Assembly (NCBI GenBank): GCA_036172245.1
Contig: JAYWIR010000143.1
Coordinates: forward strand, 47,619-67,618
DNA from: Raillietiella orientalis
Lineage: Eukaryota
Length of the DNA stretch: 20,000 nucleotides
Direction of reading: 5' to 3'
This document shows, piece by piece, positions 11,744 through 20,000 of this stretch. Below the pieces are notes generated by a model. That model made no database searches. It saw nothing but the letters and a program-made list of their open reading frames with translations, and was not told the DNA's origin. Position 1 is the first letter of the stretch. Each line of letters starts with the position of its first letter. The position numbers and the translations under genes were made by a program.

Positions 11744-12009
11744 TTGGAATTTCAACTATAGCTCAAGCAGCGGTTTATTTCGGAGCAAGCGCCCGACCAG
11801 GGTGTATGGACGCTTCTTTCAAGCGTAGTATCGTAGTGGTCGTCGCCGTTTCTTCTTCACCAGTGTGCAGAAGATGCCATCCTTGCGTGAAACCACATGC
11901 AGCATCGAATACTATGCTGCTCTCGCCACTCGACACCGACGAATGAACGCATCGGAGACTAATTCACTCAAAACGACGTTTGCTGACATATCCGATAGGT
12001 TCCCACTTT

Positions 12010-13380
12010 GAATTAGAAAACGAGTATTTCGCCACGGCGCGCTCGAAGGAGACGTCATCGAGCGTGGGTTAGATGACGGACGCCGCCGTTAAGCTCCCCT
12101 CCTTGTTGACTTTGTCAACAGAGGGTTGAGCAGTGGCAGAAGCGAGTTTCATTGTGCCGCATACGTTGATGGCGGGAAACCGCTCAACGACGACGCTGGA
12201 CGGACGTGTTCTGTGTTGCTCGGGAAGCTTGATTCCTTTCCGTCTTCTGTGCGCGTGGTGTGCCCACGTGCGTCCGCTAGAATGTTCACGGCGTCCGTAC
12301 CGGAGAAGATGGATGTAAAGGCTGCAGCGGGAAACGGAGTTTCTACCCCGGATGTTCGGCCCGTCTCTGATGCCTATGTCTCGCCACCGGCGAGAAGCCT
12401 CGCCACCGTCGTCAAGGCGACGGCAGCAAACAGAGCACCACCCGACGAAATGGAGCTGCAGGCATATGCAGCCCATGCCTACAGGCCTGCTCTCTCCTAT
12501 CCGGTGAGTGCTACTATCTCCGACGGGGTCGAAAAAATTCTCTGGGAAGAGCTTTTACGCGTCGGAGTCCGGAAGGACGACCTCCTCGCTGTCATGCCTG
12601 TCAACGCGCTGGGAAACTGGGAGGTGCACTTCAAAGGGTCATCCCTATTCCAGCGCCTTCTCCTCACCCCGCTTAACATACGCGGGAAGGAGGTCGTCCC
12701 GTCGGCCATGGACCAGTAGTTCGTGATCCGATTGTCCGCCGTCCAGGTGGACACGCCCGATCGCGTGCTCGTCGGTGCACTTGGTGCATTCGCCACGGTG
12801 TACGCAATGTGGAGAGCAGACAATCCCATTAAAAGGATTGCATCTCCTCACAGCGGACTTGCCATGGCGTGCGTTACCATGGCAGATCGGAGGGACATGC
12901 CTTCGCAATTGCAGGCAAGCGATGCAATCGTCCACCTTAAATTTGACGGTTAGCGACCGGCTTGCGGCATTTGCTATGCAGAGGGCCACCGTCCGTGGAC
13001 GTAACCTTCTCGCAACTGCCGCTATTGTAAACAGCTCGGCCACTTTATTGAAGGGTGAGCCGAGCAAGGGCGCAAACGGCATGCGAGAAACCGTTAACAA
13101 TCGACCCCGTCCGCGTCGAAAAGATTCCCCGTTGGAATGGGTGAAATCGGGCGCGCAGGGCGGACCTTCATCGAGTGGCAGTCCTGCAAAAAAGAGCGCG
13201 GTTGTTTTGGGAAAGTCACCATCCCAGACAGCCGCGCAGGCGGGAAAAATGCCATGCAGCCCTGGGGGCAAATCGTTCATTTCGAAGCAGCCCAAGAGTG
13301 CGGTCAGGCACTTAATGAAAGCTACTGGACCGTCCGCGTCCTTTTCCGTGTCCAGGAAAACACACGGGAAACCGTGCGCG
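12010..13380 (+). mobile_element. L1/Tx1-clade non-LTR retrotransposon fragment A: putative 5'UTR plus disrupted ORF1 (RRM-like region, two CCHC zinc knuckles, disordered tail); 3'-truncated
   Basis: ORFs 12126-12719 and 12723-12953 are in one frame and continue through stops into CGICYAEGHRPWT* and CRYCKQLGHFIEG* (12963-13058), two CX2CX4HX4C knuckles whose last Cys is a stop. AYRPALSYPV and FATVYAMWR align with GYNPALLYKV and FASVFAM*R in copy F. Boundaries are approximate. Confidence 0.85.
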
Positions 13381-13384
13381 GGAG

Positions 13385-14200
13385 CCCTTGGAACTGCCTC
13401 TCAAAGTCCGTGTCTCAATAAGGTCGCGAAGATCTTTATTCTCTTTGACTTCGCTTTGCACATGAAACCATGTCTGGCGAAGAAAAGGTTATCCCCAGTA
13501 CTTAGTCCAGGAACAGCGTAAGTCTGCTCCGGGCTAAATACGGATTTAGCTGTCTGTCCGTGCCGCGCAGTTCACAGTTTCTCGAACAACTTGACGTCCG
13601 TGTTCATGACTGTGAACGGACGCCAGTTCTTTAAATCCCTGAGTTTTCCCCCTTCCGGTAGGAGCCTGACTCTGGCTGACCGAAGCGAGGCGGGAACATC
13701 GCCTACATCCCGGATCATCTGTGTCAACTTATGCACCAAGGGGGTCAACTCTGCCGCGAAGCCTTGAAAAAACTCTGCGGGCAGGCCGTCCTCCCCTAGT
13801 GCCTTCTGCCTCTTGAGTCCTTTTATTGTGGTGAAGCTTTCACCGCTAGTAAAAGGCTCGTCGAGGCTTTCCTTCTCTTTCTCTCCTATGGCCAGGGCTC
13901 CGTCCAGGAGCAGCAGTCGCGAGGCGTCCTGCTCCGAAAGCGCCCTGGCGTACAAGGAGGAATAAAATTTTTTCCCGATGTGTCGAATCGCGGCAGAAGC
14001 CAAATGTTCCCGGTCCTAGTCGTCCAGCAGGGTGGGAGGCTTGAACTGCCAGGTCTGGATCTCAGCCCTGGCTCGGTACTCGGCCAAGCGACGGACGTTG
14101 GTGATCCTCTCTTAACGACGGGCGTATAAATACGCGTTTTCGTTGCGAGTACCTATTCCAATCCCGGCTCGTCGACAGCGGACCTGTTTTTCCGTCGCTT
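13385..14200 (-). mobile_element. L1/Tx1 ORF2 fragment B: EN-RT linker and N-terminal RT subdomains (pseudogene)
   Basis: FYSSLY...KALGEDGLPAEFF...LKNWRPFTVMNTDVKLFEKL*...EQTYAVPGLSTGDN are typical L1 RT N-terminal motifs, collinear with copy D. In-frame stops and a frameshift near 13470. Truncated at both ends. Confidence 0.92.
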
Positions 14201-14209
14201 CCTCAGCGA

Positions 14210-15201
14210 GGCTTGAGAAGAGTTTTCTTTACGAGTGTTTGTGCTTTTTCACATCGCCGGTGTCCGATGGCAAAGATGCCAGAGGACACCGCGATGGAAG
14301 TAGGCGTGGAGGAGGCTAGTTCTCCCTTACAGCCTACTGGATTGTAAGCATCAGCCCCACAATCGTCTTCGCCGCAGCAGGTGAAGACATGGAGCGCCAT
14401 GATGGAAGCGCCCAGCGCAGAAGCCTTGGCGGAACAAATGGCCTACCGGGAAGCAGGATATAAACCTTCGCCCATATATAAGGTAGGACCATTATTTGAT
14501 TGGCGGACTGCACGCGCCTTCTCGAAGGCGCTGTGCCGCTTGCCGAACGCAAGAACCCTTGGCGAAAGGGGTTGCGTAGACCGGCAGCGGCTAAACTGGC
14601 CCCCGCAGGTGAGTCGGACCGGGAGGCCGGAAGTGCATCCTCCTCTGCGGAAGCACCACCAAGGAAAGCGGGGCGAAAATCCCAGAAACCCCGAAGGTGC
14701 AATCCGCCTCCGCGCGAAGGGGATCCAATGGAGGAGGAAAAAGTGGATGGCAGCGTGGGAGCCCAAGTCCTGCATCACCCACTTGCGGAAGCCGACGAGT
14801 AGGCGACTCCAATGGAGGAGGCTAACCAGGGGTCAGCAATGTCCCCTGAAACCGCCGAACCTAAACCACCCGCACCAATGGATGTGGGCAGTCGGGTACG
14901 AGCAACACCCCCTCCGCACGGGCAGCCGGAGACGCCGGCACTTAAAAAGGATGGGGAGTTGGTGGGCAACACGCCAACCCCGTCCAGCGACCTGCCCCAA
15001 AAGGTAGCGGGAACTTCACCGCCAGGTTCCCAAGAATAACACCTGGACTCGCCTGTTGCCGTCGGATCCGCGCGGCCAGTTCGAATGTCAACCGACTGCG
15101 TGACGACGGAAACAGTCGAGATACAGCCGCCACCTTGCGAGATTTCGACCTGGTGCTTTTGCAGGAGATCCACGTGATCACTACAAAAGACTCCCAGGAG
15201 A
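14210..15201 (+). mobile_element. L1/Tx1 fragment C: 5'UTR, internally deleted ORF1 (ATG 14267 to TAA 15039) and first ~50 codons of the ORF2 APE endonuclease
   Basis: KTWSAMM...AYREAGYKPSPIYKVGPLFDWRTARAFSKAL matches copy F RDWSAV...SYIQEGYNPALLYKVGNLYFPLRARKFGNAI. The reading then jumps (~14535) to a Pro/Glu-rich tail. From 15063 it reads RIRAASSNVNRL...DFDLVLLQEIH, matching the APE motifs SxNVNGL and D+++LQETH. Confidence 0.85.
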
Positions 15202-15232
15202 TTTCTCACCCGGTCACGCCGGGGCGTTTAAT
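15202..15232 (-). promoter_or_regulatory. Poly(A) signal plus conserved 3'-terminal stem-loop of element D
   Basis: Minus strand reads ATTAAA CGC CCCGG CGTGA CCGGG TG AG AAA; same length and stem as in E. Confidence 0.75.
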
Positions 15233-18050
15233 CCATATAACATAACAAAAAAAACCATTATACAAAATATACCAGTTGGGAACCAAACTCCCAACCGACG
15301 ACTGAACAAGAATGAAGAGAATATTGCTGGCACGCAGGCCAGACTAACAGTTTTACGAACGGTGTTTGTGGGCGGGGAACACAAAGAAAGCCAAATAAAA
15401 TAAAAACAATGAATAAGGAGGACGGGATAAGGGTCTTTGGCATCGCTCTGGAAGACACGGGAATCAAAGCATGGACACCGGAAATTTTACCGAGCGAACG
15501 GGGACAGGGTATGAGTGGGCGAGAGGTCGCAAGAGTCAGCGGATTACGACGTTCTCAAAGGTTTGTAAACCAACGATGAATGCCGGTGATGTCCTCATTC
15601 ACCTTGTCACGAAGATGAGACCACCTTGAAGCCTTCACCATGAATTGAGCTGCAAGCAGGTGAGCCTCCCTTCGCTGCGCTGACAACTCCAGGGCGATGC
15701 GGGCCTTCACGATGGCGCGAACGCAACACATGGTTGCGACAATCGCGCCATCCGAAAGTCCATTTCTGCTGAAGAAGCGCCGCAGCACATCAATGGCAGT
15801 GCCTCCTTGTGGCATGATAACCGAAGTGAGCCTTCGCCACAGTTTTAGGAGGTCACCGCAGTCCAGCAAAAGGTGCGGAAAAGACTCGATCTCTCCGCAC
15901 CTTAAACAGTTTGGCAAAGCAGCTCCCCCGGAAACGATGCTTTGCTGCCTATTACAGTGTAATGCACAATGTAAAAAGAGCAGCACATCTTGTTTTCACT
16001 TTACAGGCAACACTGAGCTCTCCAAACAAACGGGGGGAACCACTATCTCTCCGGGGGGCACACTTCAATGTTCGCTCCACCGAAGCAGGCTCTTCGCCCG
16101 ATTCCGAGAAGTGGCGGCTTGCCCCAGCTCCTTTGTCATCCAGCTGCCGAAGAGCATACTGACTCCCGCTATTTTGCAGCAGAACTCCCATTCCGCCAGT
16201 AGGCAACCGTCGTTGCTTGCCCTGAGGGCGGACAGCGCTGCGGCCAGTGGTGTGGCGGCCAGACGATCCGACAACTTCTTGTCCTGCATGAATTCGTCCA
16301 TTTGATGTCTGAGGAGAAGTCGCAGGGGTCGAAGTTCTTCCGAGCGCGTTCCTTCGGAAGCATCCCACGATGAAAAAGATTCCTGCCGCCATGCTTTGAT
16401 GTTCATAAGGCGGAAGGAGATCCAGCTTTGGGATTCGAGCAGTGAAAATAGCTGCCTCTGCAGGAAGCCAAACCCTATTCTGGTGTGTCGAATGTGGGGT
16501 AGAACGAAAGCAGTCCCTTGCTTCCCGTGCAGCGCCTCAGTATAAGGCGTGCGGGTAAGCACCACGGCGTACTATACAGCTTGGCACAGAGCCGCAGCAT
16601 GCGAAACTGCACCTGCAGTTCAATGCTGTTTAAGTCGAGGATGCTCAAGCCTGCATCCTGACGCGGCGCCACCAAGTCTTTAAGTCTAAAACGGGATCTT
16701 GCAGCGCCTCACAACGCTTTGCGTAGGAGGCGCTGCGCCCAGACTTTGACTTCCTGGGGGAGTGGACAAACAAACAACAGGGGGCGGAGGAGGGAGGCAA
16801 CGAAGGTGTTCCAGATGCAAGCCCGTTCCGGCAAGACGAACTCGCCTCCTGAAAACGGGCCAAGTGCACGCTCTGCCTTCCGAAGCCAGTCCGACCCCTC
16901 TTCTGAGATGCAGAAGTCGCCCAAAAGCACTTCAATTTACCTTAGGTACCTGCCCGTGGGGCTTACCAGGCCGATCCAGTCGGACTGATCCTCCCACGTC
17001 ACACACACCGGAACAACCGTACACTTACTGTTGTTAACGCTCACGCCGGCACCGCGACGAATCAACTCAAAGAAGTCTTCAAGCGATGTCGCCGCGGTGG
17101 AGATGGGCAACAGGAGAAGCAGGTCGTCGGCATAGGCTGGCACGGCCGGCGTACCTGGAAAGGAGCTCGGCAGCTTGGCTAGCGTCACCCTGTAAGCCTC
17201 CAGCACCGATTCAAAATAGATGCTGAAGGGCAGCTTGCTTAAGCTATCACCCTGCCTAATTCCTCGTCCTACCGGCACGCCGTACACGCGACAGTCACTG
17301 AAAACAATAAATGTAATCGCGTGGCGCCAGCAGGAGAGCAAGTACGCAAACAGGGATGCCGAAAGACCAAGACGTTTAAAAAGCTCAAGAAGAAGCTTTT
17401 GGTTCACGCAATCGAAAGCTTTGTGCAGATCGACTGCAGCCGCCAATCCTCCCGGTGTCTCCCTTTGCGTGCCGCGCCTCCGTCGTTAAGAGATCGGAGG
17501 CGTCGCTTCCGCACGACGATCCACCGCCACACGATGCTGCAATTGCAGCCATGTGCGGATGAACAAGAGATTCGCGTCCATCGACCGCCCAGGAACAGCG
17601 TACGTCTGCTCCAGACTTACCAAGGATTCCGCGATCCTAACCATCCGCGCCACCCAAAGTTTCGAGAACAACTTGACGTCCGAATTCACTACTGTCATCG
17701 GACGCCAGTTGTTCAGTTGGCTGAAATGTCCGACTTTTGGCAGTAGACGCAGCATCGCTGAGCGAAACGAAGCGGGGACATCGCCCGAGTCTCGCATCAG
17801 CAACGAGAGTTCGAGCACCAGAGGGATGAGCTCCGCCGCAAAACACTGAAAGAATTCCGCGGGGAGCCCATCTTCGCCTGGCGCTTTTCGTCTCTTGAGC
17901 CCTGAGATGGCCAAGGAAATTTCCTATGCCGTGAAGGGCTCATCAAGACGTGCGCCTTTCTTTTCGTCTGCAACAGGTGCATCAATCGGCAGAAGCAGCC
18001 GGGAGAGGCTGCGTTACATCGCTGCCTCTGTATACAGAGAAGAGTAATAG
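15202..18050 (-). mobile_element. L1/Tx1 fragment D: 5'-truncated ORF2 (RT plus C-terminal CCHC zinc finger) with 3'UTR and 3' terminus
   Basis: One frame from ~18045 to ~16500 carries KAPGEDGLPAEFF, NNWRP, DLHKAFD, GIRQGDSLS, YADD (17134-17123), RYL and AGLSILDL. After a frameshift it reads CLRCGEIESFPHLLLDC, with the stop at 15555. Several in-frame stops. T-rich 3'UTR with ATTAAA at 15232-15227. Confidence 0.96.
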
Positions 18051-18054
18051 CACC

Positions 18055-18997
18055 TTAGAAGGCGAGGAACGGCGGACGCAACGAGCTGGCATCGTGGGAA
18101 GTGTCCTGCCTCATCCGAGGCAGGAAAAAACCTTTAAAGCCGTGGACGACTCGGGAGCACACGGACGCTGCCCTCCCGAGCGTCCCGCCTCCCGGACTTG
18201 CGCGCTGGGGAGAGCTGCTCGCAATACCTCAGGAGGAGGTGAAGTGGCCCCCAGCGTGTTGGGATTGCGGCACACTTCCATTGAAGTGGCAGGAGACGGC
18301 GTTGCTATTTCTGCACTGGGGACTGTTAAGCAGAGCACGCCCTTCTCACTGGACACTGGGGAATGTGGATGCCCGCTGTGTCGAGTGCGGAGAAAGAGAA
18401 ACCTTCCCGCATCTCACCCTCGAGTGTGTCGCCCTGGATGGACTCTGGAGTAGAATCGCCCCAATCCTCCATCTTCCAGTAGGCGACCGTAAGGAAATTT
18501 ACCGTCGCCTCTTTCTGCGTGACGGCCTGCGCCCCGCTGCGTCTCTAGCAGTCCTCTGCTGCGTGCGCGACATTGTGCAAAGGTGGCACGCCAGAAGAAG
18601 AGGCCCAAGATGCAGGGACGCCATCCACTGGACGACGATCTCTTTAGAGACAGCGACAAGGTGGCGTCTATTTTTCACAATAAAAACTGAACTTGACTGC
18701 ATCGTCAACAGGATGCGGAGGACCGACCCAGTTGCCCAGTGATCCCTTCCTTGCCCCCCCCCTCTCCTCATAAAACTGTTTTCCTCCTCGTTATCTCTCT
18801 TTTTGTTTCTTTTTGTTCAAGTTTTCCCCACCCATGCGCCTTGAGAATGGACCTAACCGGTCTCTGCACCGGCAAAAGACACGTCAACCAAGGTGGGAAA
18901 ACCAAGTGTTTTCCACAATTAACTTTTGAAAGACTTTATTATCTAATTTTTCTAAAAAATTAGAATAATAAATGCCCCGGCATATCCGGGTGGCAAA
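18055..18997 (+). mobile_element. L1/Tx1 fragment E: ORF2 C-terminal region with CCHC finger, 3'UTR and 3' terminus
   Basis: ORF 18101-18742 contains CVECGERETFPHLTLEC and is collinear with the D C-terminus (LASW/LAEW, RWGE/RWSE, LPLKW/LPVK*, LLFLH, CCVR). Pyrimidine-rich 3'UTR; AATAAA at 18967-18972. Confidence 0.9.
18967..18997 (+). promoter_or_regulatory. Poly(A) signal plus conserved 3'-terminal stem-loop of element E
   Basis: AATAAA TGC CCCGG CATAT CCGGG TG GC AAA; 24/31 nt identical to the corresponding D terminus. Confidence 0.75.
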
Positions 18998-20000
18998 CGG
19001 CGGACGCAATTGTTGTGCGCTCCGTGATTAGGAAGTTTTTCTTTTCTGGTGCTTCGTGTGTGTTTTGCGGCCGTTGACAGGAAGAAATGCCTGTGAACGC
19101 CGCAGTTTCAGGTAAGGGAGGCAGCAAGATTGCGTCTTTCAAGCCAAAGGAGGTGTGATCACGCCCCACCACTAATTCTGAACCCGCCACTACGGCGAGG
19201 GACTGGAGCGCGGTGGCAGCGGCGGAAACGCCCGATGTCGCCGCCGAAATCCAATCCTACATCCAGGAGGGCTACAATCCGGCCCTCCTGTACAAGGTAG
19301 GCAATTTATATTTTCCGTTAAGGGCGCGAAAGTTCGGCAATGCCATCAAAAAGATGGGCATTGCCCACCATGAAATTCTTTGCCTCTCTATACTTAGCGG
19401 AGGGCAGTTTGAGGAGCTCACCTGCAAGGATGCAGCTCTTACCCACAAGATGCTCTGCACGCCCGTACAGTTTGAGGGCAGCAATTTACTCCCACACACG
19501 GTGGACCACTCCATTGTGGTCCACCTAACAGGGACAACAGTGCGGATAAATGAGAAAGCCATCCGCGCTCAACTGGAAAAATTCGCAAGCGTTTTCGCGA
19601 TGTGAAGAAAGCCCAACACCTTCGGAGTGAATGGAGCATTTAATAGGAGAGTAGGCGCGCGCGTGACGCTTCGAGAAAGAGTACAGCTTCCCCACAAGCT
19701 CCAAATTGGCGACGAGTTCGTCGACATTTGGTTTGTGGGGAAACCTAAATTTTGTGGAAACTGTAAGTCGTTCGAACATTTGAAAAAGCGGTGCCCGGAC
19801 GCGGTATGCCCAGCGTGCGGCGCGAAGGGTCACACCAAAGTGGTGTGCCCGATGAACGTCGCTCCAACGCCGGAACTTCCGCAAAACAAGTAAGGGAAGG
19901 CAAAAATAGTGATAAACCCCACAAAAGGGGATCAGCCGTCGGCTCCGACAAAAGTCGCGCAGCAGGAAAGGGACTCGGTACAGGAGCTCCCGGAAAAGAC
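18998..20000 (+). mobile_element. L1/Tx1 fragment F: 5'UTR plus ORF1 (ATG 19087) with two intact CCHC zinc knuckles; continues beyond the window
   Basis: Single frame from 19087 with a few in-frame stops (e.g. TGA 19603). CGNCKSFEHLKKRC and CPACGAKGHTKVVC at 19753-19848, preceded by the typical LPxxLxI...+.F.G motif. Homologous to A and C. Confidence 0.92.

Noticed and set aside
17900..18200. Twin-priming 5' inversion at the D/E head-to-head junction
   Set aside because: Both arms carry their own divergent C-terminal finger and 3'UTR, so they are not two halves of one cDNA.
12126..19893. Stop-codon reassignment (TGA=Trp, TAR=Gln), since several TGA stops fall at Trp positions (13572, 16709, 19603) and some TAG at likely Gln positions
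   Set aside because: Other stops align with Cys (13002, 13056) or Leu (16065), most Trp codons are TGG, and frameshifts co-occur. Ordinary pseudogene decay explains the pattern.
1..20000. CRISPR arrays, tRNA/rRNA genes, telomeric or satellite arrays
   Set aside because: No periodic repeats or recognisable RNA-gene signatures were seen; TTAGG/CCTAAA-like words occur only as isolated copies.

Overview
Eukaryotic, probably metazoan, repeat-graveyard DNA with no intact gene. The right 8 kb (~12010-20000) is a gap-free cluster of six pieces of L1/Tx1-clade non-LTR retrotransposons from divergent subfamilies: A (+, ORF1), B (-, ORF2 linker/RT), C (+, 5'UTR, deleted ORF1, start of APE endonuclease), D (-, RT to 3' end), E (+, ORF2 C-terminus and 3'UTR) and F (+, 5'UTR and ORF1, running off the window). 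All carry stops, frameshifts or truncations. The most novel signal is in the two 3'UTRs (D and E). Despite very divergent proteins they share an ordered architecture: TTCCCCRCCCA, a hairpin with compensatory changes, a second hairpin, then A(A/T)TAAA followed directly by a CCCGG-N5-CCGGG terminal hairpin and only AAA. The left 12 kb is a much older mosaic of short, deletion-compacted remnants: more L1 pieces, a probable DIRS-type tyrosine recombinase, and motif-level traces of class A GPCR, RING-CH and C2H2 zinc-finger genes. The left-side calls come from motif recognition by eye and are low confidence.
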